Below, one piece after another: positions 25,701-37,700 of a DNA stretch of 64,000 bases. Origin of the DNA: Squalus acanthias (lineage: Eukaryota). Position 1 is the stretch's first letter; every line of letters begins with the position of its first letter. The notes below the pieces were generated by a model that did not search any database, was not told the origin of the DNA, and saw only the letters and a list, made by a program, of their open reading frames with translations. The position numbers and the translations under genes are program-made. The stretch lies in the NCBI GenBank assembly GCA_030390025.1, contig CM059432.1, forward strand, positions 50,718,001-50,782,000, written 5' to 3'.

Positions 25701-28700
25701 GCGTGGGTCGGGTACCTGCCTCCTGGGAAGATGGCACATAAGCGGGTTGGGGGCGGGATGGGTACCCGCCCCCAGATTCTGCCATTTTCCCAGCAGTCCC
25801 GCCTCCCCAGGGCTGGCAAAGTCGCCCCCATGTCTCCGGATCATTACAAAAGCAAAATACTGCGGATGCTGAAAATCTGAAATAAAAACAAAAAATGCTG
25901 GAATACTCAGCATGTCAGGCAGCATCTGTGGAGACAGAAACAGAGTTAACGTTCCAGGTTGATGTCCTTTCATCAGAACTGACGAATAGTCACCGACCTG
26001 AAACGTTAACTCTGTTTCTTCTCCACAGATGTTGCCTGACCTGCTGACTGTTTCCAGCATTTTGTTTTTATTTCAGATTTCCAGCATCTGCAGTATTTTC
26101 CTTTTGAATAGTTAAGGGAGTGAGAGGGGTAGGGAAAGGGTGATGAAATGAGATAGGGATGGAAAACAGCAAACCTGATGGTTAGGTTTGAAATTAAAAT
26201 GCAAGATGCTAGCAGAGTACAGTGGGCAATACATGAGAAATTGTTTCTCAACCTCGTGTTGAGCTGCATTGAAACAGTGCAAGAGGCTAAAGACTGACAG
26301 TCAGGTCAGAATGGGAATGTGGGGGGGGGGGGGGGTTCAAGTGGCAAGCCACAGAGAACTCAGGGCCACACTGGCAAATAGAACAGAGGTGTTCTGCAAA
26401 GTGGTCACTTAATGCGCTTTTGTTCCCCTCAATGTAAAGATGAACACACTGCGACAGCAAATATGAAATTATCTTTCAAGTTTTGTACCATCAGTACAAA
26501 GGTAGTATTACACATCAATGTAGTTCACCAAAGGATAATCTGAAAACCTCCATGTCTCTTTCCTGTAATTCTGAAGAGTTGATATTTATTCTTTGTGAAC
26601 AGGCCACAGTGTGTTTCTCTTAGTATTATGTACCTTTTGACTTTGTCCCCATGGGAGGAGAAGCTTCTGCAGGGCTTTGTGAAAATGAGATTCCCAGAGA
26701 CATCAGCTCTGTTACATAAGATGTTTTCTCAGATTTATTTGAAGTGTACTCTCCAGAATGCAAAGGTGCCCCTTTTGCAACGCAATGGACATCTGAAATA
26801 CAGAATAATGTATTGCTGCATTTGAGAGCGGAGTTAGAATAGAGTATTTTATATATAACAGATTACCAGTGGGGGATGTAGAACATATAACAATTGTGGG
26901 TTCTAAAAAGAACTGGATAAAGCCCAAGTAGGAAAAGGGATATAAGAATATTAGTTCCAGAATCCTGATAAGGAAATTGATGGGTGGCTTAGAAGGTTAG
27001 GCTAGATGGGTCAGTGGTCTTCTCCTGCCCAAAGCATTACTGTTACTATATAAAGGATTGCTAACAAAACTTACTGATTGAGCTGGTATGGTGATGCAGC
27101 ACATTGGGGTATTAATGTATCCATATTACTACCTATTTAACCTGAGCCACACCTCTTTTGAGGTGGGGGTGGGTGCAGAGCAGAGACTAGGCCCTTCCTC
27201 ACATAACAGGCGAGAAAGAACAGAGAAGCATCTAAAAAACATCTGGTTTCAGGATGGTATTAGGAAAGCATGGTTTCGAGTAATCTGCCCACGAAGAGGT
27301 TTCCTTTCCTGAAGGACATTAGTGAACTACTTGGGATTTTACAACAGCTTTAATGATCATTTTTCTTGGTGCCAGCCCATAAATTACCAGATTTATTGCA
27401 TTCAATTTCACAGTTTGCCATGATGAGATTTGAACACCATCTATCTATATCTAGTATATTAAAAAATCTTATGCCTGCACGTAGTTCCTGTCTGCATCAC
27501 TTGGTTTCCTGTAGTCACGTTCTTGTCACACTTTTGAGCCAACTTTTACTATTATAAATTCCTGGGATGGGGGAAAATTGGGATGGTGAAGGGATGTTGA
27601 AGAGAGAGGAAAAAGAAAAAGAGAAACAGCAACACAACTATAACAGAGACAAGGGATAAGAGAGACCATATTCTGACTTACCATTTGCAACTCCACAGGA
27701 GATCGACTAACAGTATCTTAAAAATCTTATGTCGGCACACACTTTCAACTTTTGCCATTATAAATTACTCTGTATATTTTTATAATGGAAACTGCCTATA
27801 TAAAACTTCTCCTCCCCAATTTGAAGTGCTGCAGTACCACCACTGGCAGGAGGGTATATTTACAGCATGACAAGTTGACATGGCAGTTTCCATTATAAAT
27901 TTCTATGTCCACATTTATAAAGGAAAATTCAAAAACAAGGACAGAATGTATGGCTTTAAAATGAGGACTAAATTAAGTCTGTGCACCCTGATCCAATTAT
28001 TTCCTGCCCTCCAACCATATTTCACCTGAAGACTACACTTGGTCTCGACTCCCCTTGTGCAACACCATGGGACTATTATCAGACTAAATTTTCCTTGCAA
28101 TGGAAGAATTTTTTAAATGTACCAGTTTCCAAACTTCAAACAAGTTGCACCTTCTACAAATTAAAACAACATCAACTTGTTGTTTCAAGATATTTTGACC
28201 ATTTACCATAGAAAGGATTTGGAAAAGAGTTACATTTAAGGGTTGTGTTTTAAAGCACGGAGATAAAAGGTGGCTAAATGGTAATTTTCCCCAAAGACCG
28301 TTGGTAATAAGCAATTTATTAGCCTGTTTCGTTAATCGATAAATATCTCATGCATTCTGTCGGGAGGTCCCTGATCCTGGGTGTTCGGCAGGGGTTATCT
28401 GACATAGGCCCCTCTCCTCCACTTGTGAACACAGGGAGTTAAACAATAGGGCAGAGACACATGTAGGCAGTCACCAGGTACAAGGGAGAATGCAGCAGGG
28501 TAGTTAGGAGTTATTTTGTTTAAGTCAAGCAAAATGATCCACGGATGTGGGAAAACGTAGCGTGTTCATTATTTTCACATTGTTACACAAAGCCAAGTTG
28601 TACTGTGAATTAAGTGAGTCTGATCATAACAATTGCTGGATTATAAAACAGGAATACATACCAGATTTTCCCTTGAGAACTTCATATAAAGATCTGGAAG

Positions 28701-31700
28701 GTAACAGACTGAACGACATAAGAAATAAAATAAAACAAAACATTTAGTGCTACTACTTCAACCCCATTATGCAACTACACCAACATTTTTAACAAACTAT
28801 GAACAAAAATGAATAAAACCACCTGTATTTCTTTTAACCTGTTGATGTTAATAATAGTTTTAAAACATTTTAAATTCATTTTTGTTTCATGAAATTGTCA
28901 GTCATGTAAGAGACACTTATAACGAAAGCATCAATAGGCTTACTTACTAATGTTCCCAGTTATTTTTTGTTGCAGAACTGTTGGAAAGGGTTTTCAAATG
29001 TCATCTGAATTTTTGTATTGTAGAAGGAAACTTTAAAACCCCAATACATCTTAGACACAAAACCAACTTTCTACAGAATACAAAAGCAAAATACTGCGGA
29101 TGCTGGAAATCTGAAATAAAAACAGAAAATGCTGGAAATACCTAGCAGGTCAGGCAGCATCTGTGGAGAGAGAGGAACAGAGTCAACGTTTCAGGTCGAT
29201 GACCTTTCAATCGACCCGAAACGTTGGCCTGGATATTAACGGGGCGAGGGGCGGAGTTTCGGATGGGAAACCTGGAAGTCTGGGTTACCCCGCATGCTCT
29301 GGAGTTTTAACTCCACAGCATGCGTCTTTTGTCATTGACAGGTTCCCCACCCAGAAGTCAGCCTGATTGACAGGCTTAGCTTCCAGTCGTGCGGGGAGGT
29401 CTCTGGAGCAGGCCTCAGGACCAGGTAGGTCCGATCCACAACCCCGGGGGGAGGTATCCAATCCCAGGGTAGGTCCAATTCCCAACCCCGGGGGGAGGTA
29501 TCCAATCCCAGGGTAGGTCCGATTCCCAACCCCGGGGGGAGGTATCCAATCCCGGGGTAGGTTCCCATTCCCAACCCCGGGGGGAGGTATCCAATCCCGG
29601 GGTAGGTCCGATTCCCAACCCCGGGGGGAGGTATCCAATCCCGGGGTAGGTCCGATCCACAACCCCGGGGGCAGGTATCCAATCCCGGGGTAGGTCCCAT
29701 TCCCAACCCCGGTGGGGGGAGGGGGAAGTCGGGGGGTTGTCTCATCCAATCTCCGACCCTGGGGGTCTTTTTATTGGGGGGTGGGTGGGTAGGTAGGATG
29801 CACTCCTGTTCCTCCTGGCCCACAAGCAGTGGTGTAAAGGCATTTACCTTCTCCCCGAAGCTGTCCTCACCTCCCTTCAGCCGCTGGGTTTCCTGAAGCT
29901 TGGGATACCCTGCTGGCCAGTTAAATCTGTAAAACAGTTTAAATCAGAGACTGCTAGCCTCATTAAAATATTTAAATTCCCAACTCACCTCCTGGGAGCA
30001 GGTTGGCTGCCTTCCCCTTGTCCCACCTCCGTTAAATCCAGAAGTGGGCGGGTTGAGATTTTTTTAAATTTTAACTTTTGACCCGACCCCAATGCACCCG
30101 TTTTTGGGTGTTACAATCCAGCCCGTTAACTCTGTTTCTCTCTCCACAGATGCTGCCTGACCCGCTGAGTATTTCCAGCATTTTCTGTTTTATTTCTACA
30201 GAATACGCAATATGAATCATACGAGTTTGCACAATACAATAAACGACAGCAGAGATCGCAATGTACTTATGCTTCTTTTCTAATGCAGTTTCAGTGACAT
30301 ATAGTCTGTTCCTTTTAACTCAATTTCCCTTGAAGGAAAAATCAAATTATCCAATAATTCAAATGAAGCAATTTAAATGAAACAACACAGGGCAGTTTAT
30401 GTACAATCTTAATTTGAATTAACAGGTAACAGGCAATTTCTTAGTATTGAGTATTACCTTGGAGAAATTCTTGTAGGAGACACAGAGTAACCACTGCCTA
30501 CTCTGCCTTGATGTTGGTAACTAAGGGCTGTAAAAGTTAAATGCAAATACAATTAACATATTTAAACATACAATGATCTTAACAAATTTGTGCACAGTTA
30601 AAAAGTTACAATATATATTTTTACATATAAAAAGATGTAAGTAGGCATCCTTGATGGCTGATGGGTAAATACCCTGTCTGGTGTAATACCTCGCCCCTCC
30701 CTATCTCTGTAATCTCCTCCAGTCCCACAACCCGATGAGATATCTGCGCTTCTCTAATTCTGGTGTCTTGCGTATCCACGATTTTAATCGCTCCACCATT
30801 GGTGGCTGTGCCTTCAGCTGCCAAGGCCCTAAGCTCTGGAAATCCCTCGCTAAACCTCTCTGCCTCTCTTTCCTCCTTTAAGATGCTCCTTAAAACCTAG
30901 CTCTTTAACCAAGCTTTTGGTCATCTGCCCTAATATCTCCTTATGTGGCTCGGTGTCAAATTTTGTCTGATAGCGCTCCTGTGAAGCACCTTGGGACGTT
31001 TTACTACATTAAAGGTGCTATATAAATGCAAGTTGTTGTTGTTGGAGCCTAAGAAGTAACTGAGTAGAGTGAGGACTGATGTACATCTCGCTTCACTCAG
31101 CTCACCTTGTGCCACTTTGGTTTAGCTGATAGCACTTTGGGTCAGTATTACTTCTTACGTTCTTATGACACTTCAGTGTAAGAGCAGGAGTAGGCCATAT
31201 GGCCCCTTCGAGCCTGCTTCACCATTCAGTAAGATCATGGCTGATCATCAACCTCAACCACACTTTCCCGCCCCATCTCCATATCCCTTGATTCCCCTAG
31301 AGTCCAAAAATCTATCTATCTCAGCCTTGAATATACTCAAAGACTCAGCATTCACAGCTCTCTGGGACAGAGAATTCCAAAGATTCACAACCCTCTGAGT
31401 GAAGAAATTCCTCCTCATCTCAGTCTTAAATGGCCTACCCCTTATCCTGAGACTATGCCCCCTAGTTCTAGACACTCCAGCCAGGGGAAACAACCTCTCA
31501 GCATCTACCCTGTCAATCCCCTTCAGAATCTTGTATGTTTCAATGAGATCACCTCTCATTCTTCTAAACTCCAGAGAGTATAGGCCCATTCTACACAATC
31601 TCTCATCATAGGACAGCCCTCTCATCTCAGGAATCAATCTAGTGAACCTTTGTTGCACCGCCTCCAAGGCAAGTATATCCTTACTTTAGATAAGGAGACC

Positions 31701-34700
31701 AAAACTGTGCACAGTACTCCAGGTGTGGTCTCACCAAGGCCCTGTACAATTGTAGCAAGACTTCCTTACTCTTATACTCCAACCCCCTTGCAATAAAGGC
31801 CAACATGCCATTTGCATTCCTTATTGCTTGCTGTACCTGCATGCTAGCTTTCTGTGTTTCTTGCACGAGGACACCCAAATCTCTCTGAACACCAACATTT
31901 GAAAGTTTCTCACCATGTAAAAAATATTGTTTTTCTATTCTTCCTACCAAAGTGAATAACCTTACATTTCCCTACATTATACTCCATCTGCCACCTTACT
32001 GACCACTCACTTAGTCTATCTATGTCCCTTTGCAGACTCTGTGTTCTCCTCACAGCTTACTATCCCACCTAGCTTTGTATCATCAGCAAACTTGGATACA
32101 TTACACTCGGTCCCTTCATCTAGGTCATTAATATAGATTGTAAATAGCTGAGGCCCCAACACTGATCCTTGCGGCACTCCACTAGTTACAGCCTGCCAAC
32201 CTGAAAAAGATCTGTTTATCCCTACTCTCTGTTTTCTGTCTGTTAACCAATCCTCTATCCATGCTACTGTATTACCCCCAACCCCATGAACCCTAATCTT
32301 GTGTAATAACCTTTTATGTGGCACCTTATCAAATGCCTTTTGGAAATCCAAATATACAACATCCCTTTATCTATCCTGCTAGTTACATCCTAAAAAAACT
32401 CTAATAAATTTGTCAAACTCGATTTCCCTTTCATAAAACCATGCTGACTCTGCCTAATCATGTGACTTGATACCACTTCCTTAACAATGGATTCCAGCAT
32501 TTTCCCGACAACTGATGTCAGTCTAACTGGCCTGTAGTTCCCCGTTTTTTCTCGCCATCCTCTCTTGAATAGCGGTGTTACATTTGCGACCTTCCAATCC
32601 GCTGGGACCTCTCCAGAATCTAGGGAATTTTGGAACATCAAAACCAATGCATCCACTATCTCTTCAGCCAACTCTTTTAGAACCCTAGGCCGTCAGGTCT
32701 AGGGGATTTGTCGGCTTTTAGTCCCATTAGTTTCTCTAGTACTTTTTCTCTACTTATATTAATTATGTTAAGTTCCTCACCCTCATTAGACCTTTGGTTT
32801 CCCACCATTTTTGGTATGCTTTTTGTGTCTTCTACTGTGAAGACAGATACAAAATATTTGTTTAACGTTTCTGCCATTTCCTTATTCCCCATAATTTCTC
32901 CTGTCTCAGCCTCTAAGGGGCCAACGTTTACTTTCACTACTCTTTCCCTTTTTACATACTTGTAGAAACTCTTACAATCTGCTTTTATATTTCTTGCTAG
33001 TTTTCTCTCATATTCTATTTTTTTCCCTTTTTATCAATTTTTTGATCAACCTTTGCTGGTTTCTGAAACTCTCCCAATCCTCAGGCTTACTATTATTCTT
33101 TGCAGCATTATAAGCTTCTTCTTTCAATCTAATGCTATCCTTAACTTCTTTAGTTAGCCACAGTTGGATCACTTTTCCTGTGGAGTTTTTGTTTCTCAAT
33201 GGAATGTATTTTTGTTGAGAATTATGAAATATTTCTTTAAATGCTAGCCACTGCTTATCTACCGCCATACCTTTTAATCTATTTTTCCAATCTACCTTAG
33301 CCAACTCGCCCCTCATACCTATGTAATTGGCTTTATTTAAGTTTAAGACTCTAGTTTTGGACTTAGGCAAGTCACTCTCAAAATTAATGTGAAATTCTAT
33401 CATATTATGATCACTCTGCCCCAGAGGATCCTTTACTATGAGATTGCTAATTAACCCTGTCTCATTACATAACACAAGATGTAAAATAGCCTGTTCCCTG
33501 GTTGATTCCATGACATACTGTTCTAGGAAACTGTCCCGAATGCATTCCATGAACTCGTCCTCCAGACTACCTTTGCCAATTTGATTTGTCCAGTCTATAT
33601 GAAGATTAAAGTCCCCCAAGATTATTGCATTACCTTTGTTGCAAGCTCCTACTATTTCTTGATTAATATTCTGTCCAACGGTATAGCTACTGTTAGGGGG
33701 CCTATATACTACTCCTACCAGTGTTTTCTGCCCTTTGTTATTCCTTATCTCCGCCCATACTGATTCTACTTCCTGATCTTCCGAGCCGAGATCCTTTCTC
33801 TCTACTGTCCTTATGTCATCCTTTATTATCAGGGCTACTCCCCCATCTTTTCCATTCTGCCTGTCTTTTCGAAACGTCAAGTACCCTGGAACATTTAGTT
33901 CCCAACCTTGGCCATCTTGCAACAATGTCTCTGTAATGGTTATTAGATCAAACCCATTTATCTCTTATTTGTGCCACTAGTTCGTCTAGCTTGTTACGAA
34001 TGCTACGTGCATTCAGATAAAGAGCCTTTAATTTAAATGTTTTACCATTATTCCCTGCTTTGACCTTATTCTCTGCTGCACTGCTACCATTAAACTCTGT
34101 CCCTTCCTGTCACACTCTGCTTATTTTTTTACCCAAATTGCTACACTGCTCTATTGCCTTGACCTTTCTCCTTAGATTTGTAAATTTCCGGTCACCTGAC
34201 CCCTCCCCCGCCTTTTTTAGTGTCAGCTTACCTTATGTGCTCAAGTGGGTTCAAGTCCCTTTCTAAGATTTGAACACGTAAGGTAGGCTGACAATTCAAT
34301 GCAATATTGAGGGAGTGCTGCACTGTCAGAGATAGCATGCTTCAGATGAGATGTTAAAATGAGGCCCGAATGCTCTTTCTGGTAAACACAACAAAGATCA
34401 CATGGCGCTATTTGAAGTGCAAGGAGTTCTGGCGATGTCCTGGTCAATTTTCCTCCCTCAAGCAACACCAGATTAACTAGTTATTCATCTCATTGCTATT
34501 TGTGGGACACCGTTGTGCACAAATGGTAGCTGCATTCACCTATTAAATGTGACTGAACTTTGAAGCAATTCTTTGCAAGTGAAGCACTTTGGGATATGTC
34601 TGAAATATTAAAGCAATTTAGGGTGATCAGCTAAAGAAAATATAAAGTTGGCTGAAGCTCTACTGAGATAGAAAGATTTTGCACACTCCAATAAAAGCTA

Positions 34701-37700
34701 CCTTTCCTTTATGTACTAACTTGCCTACAAGGTATTTTCAGGTGTTAATATTTGATAAAATTATTGAAAAACACATTTACTATTTAAAAATGACTCAGTA
34801 TGCAGTTATCTTAACCTGTTTACTTACGCCATTCAGTTGAATAGGCAGGCAGGACACAACCAGAAATCAGAGGCTGAGGAACGTTTTGGAGACTCTGACA
34901 ACTATTTCCAATGGAAGGTGCAATGGTACAACTGAAAAGCAACATACCTCATCAGATTTTATCTTTTAGAGATGATGTACTGTACTGCAAAGGCTTGTAT
35001 TTTCAGCCAGTGGTAAAGGTGGAAAACTCCACTCCCACTCAATTCTTTAATTTCACCCTATTGACAATATTTAAAAAATACTATTCTATTGATGGCTGCC
35101 TAATACTCAAAGTTAAATTGAGACAACTTATTTTCTCTGCAGAAGTGCAGAACATGCAAAATCCACTTAAGAAAATAATAACCTACTGTCCACACTCGGC
35201 TCTTTGTTTGGCCCCAGTAAGAGCTGTGCAAGCTAAAATAGGAGTTCTGATCCATTGTGGACAGGCCTCCAGCTTTCTCCAATGCAAGCTATCTATTTCG
35301 ATCAGTACAAAACTAAGCAGGAGAGTGGGGTTGACTCAGGGAAGTCACAGAGCAGTAGACAAATGTCCAGGACCATCAGATAGGAGGCTGGGTGGAGAAG
35401 CAGTAGGGAAGGTGGAGACCGAGGAGAAGTCCTCCCAGTGAGGCTGGTGACAATGAGGTTGAAAACACATTGGGCCGGATTTTCCGATCGGAGGCTTCCT
35501 GCGTGCGGATGCCTCCGATCGGGAAAAATCTACGCACTTACCTGCTGGCTCCATAGGTCCCGAGACTTCCGATCCTGGGCCTCTCCTGGTCCGCGTGCGC
35601 AGAGGCCCAGGTATCCCAGGGGCGCAGGCGGTTCGCAAACGTCCCTGGGATCACGTGGGCCATGGGGAACCAATCAACGAAGGGACTCCCCATTCATACT
35701 TTTGACAGGTCTCTCCGCATAGATCTGTCAAAAGTATGAATGGGGATCACATTTAAAAACAGAGTTAAACATTAAATAATTTTTTTTTAAATCACGTATT
35801 TAAAATTAGTTAAAATTACATTAAATTAAATATTTTAAACAAAAATTTAATTTTTTGAAAAAAATAATTAAAGTTTTTTACAGGGCTAAAAATAAACTTA
35901 CCTTTTTTAAAAAGTATTTTTAAATTATAAATGAGCGAAAAAAATAATTTTTTAAAACTCTTATGCTGGTAAAAGCAGGCCTTACGCATGCTTCTACCAG
36001 GCGTAAGATATTTAAAGGTTTTCAGCAGGCGGAGGTTGTGCAGAAAGCGGAACTCCCTGCCTGCGGAGGCCCTTCTCCCAGACAGATTGGAAGTGCCGGG
36101 TTTTAGCGCATGCGCTTCGCATACCTGAAACCGGCACTTGCGAGGCCCCTACGGGTGCTTACACACCTCGTACGTACCCGTGGAGGTCGAAGTATCTGGC
36201 CCAATAGTAGGCATTACAGCATTAAGTTACCAATAACTGCTGTTTTTTCATGTTTGGTGGGTTACTGTGTAGAGTTAAACAGCAAACTGTAATGGCAGTA
36301 GAAAGGGACCTCAATGTTTTTCCTAGTAACGCCAATTGGTTCACTATCTAGTGTAAAGAACAGATCAGAAAGGATAATTGAATTATTTCCTTAACACGTT
36401 ATTGGCTTATTGCTTTTACTGTAGAAAAACAGCCAATCGGAAAATTGGGAATAAAGCCTACATTGAATCAATCAGAATGCTCCTGTATGAGGCTTCAGAA
36501 AGACAAAAATTAAATTGATAAACTCCCTATGCATTTATTTAAGTTTAATGGCCGTTTAGCAGAGTACTCCTTCTGTTGGACGTTTTAACCAATTAATATA
36601 CGACCCCACATGAAAAATTTGATGAAGCTTTTTAGTTTTTAACATTTTACTCCAACTATTGTAGCCTGGAAACTAACCCTTAAAATACTATATAGATCAA
36701 ACTAACCTGTTCACAAACCTTAATATCCATTGTTACAATTTTTGAGCAATGCTTTTTATGTTAACATTTAAAATAGAAACACCCTATGTTAACATTTGAA
36801 GACTCAGTACGTAATATGTAAACATTTATAATGAGAATCTTCCTGTCATGCTGTAGTTGCAGATATCCCACCAGTGGTGGCGCTGTGGGCCAAGGCATCT
36901 CGCTCCATCGCCATTTTATTTTGTTTCTTTCCAAAACCAAGACGCAGCACATCATTGGGCTGGTACCTGCTGCCTTCTATATAGTAGTCCCGGCCTGCCA
37001 TTCGTCATCCCCACTCGCCTCCTGACCCATTATGGTGATCTAGCATTGGGCCCCAGCTTGCCTGCCCTCTTGTCCATCGCCTTCCACGATCCCAATCACG
37101 TGCTACCCGAGGCCAGCCCTGTCATTTTCACTGCTAAACCAGCACCTCAGTCCTCAAACTGTAATGCTGCTTATATATAAAACCTATAATATTAAAAACA
37201 TACATCTGCATAAACTTTGTCAACTTTTTCCATTATTAATTCTCATGTCCACATTTATAATGGAAACTACCTATCTAAACTTATCACACTGTAATTACAC
37301 CCTTCTGCCAATAGTGTCATCCTAGCACCTGTTTTGTATTTATCAGTTCTTCAGTCTGTACTCCAGAGAAACGCCTATGTTCCAACTAACTCTATGGCCG
37401 TGATTTTGCGTTCGGTGGCGGGATGGGTGCGTGTCAGCTGGTTTCCAGGTTCTGGTCACGCCCCCAGCTGCCTCCACTCCACAGATGTGAGTTTCCCTTG
37501 ATTGACCTTGTTAAGCGGGCTTAACGGCCAATTAACAGGAAGCGGGTCATAGAAACATAGAAGATAGGAGCAGGAGTAGGCCATTCGGCCCCTCGAGCCT
37601 GCTCCGCCATTCAATGCGATCATGGCTGATCATCCAAATTCAGTACCCTGTCCCTGCTTTCTCCCCATATCCCTTGGTCCCTTTAGCCTTAAGAAATATA

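Larger units (their letters stand above)
29080..30195. mobile_element. Second Penelope-like hairpin of the same family (29080-29225 and 30125-30195), split by a MITE
   Basis: Same arms as 25846-26106 (acaaaagcaaaatactgcggatgctg...; gttaactctgtttctctctccacagatgctgcc). Confidence 0.8.

Noticed and set aside
29285..29823. Pro/Gly-rich repetitive ORFs
   Set aside because: Translations of the minisatellite inside a MITE.
34911..35441. 176-aa plus-strand ORF
   Set aside because: No recognisable motif; antisense to the host gene; likely chance.
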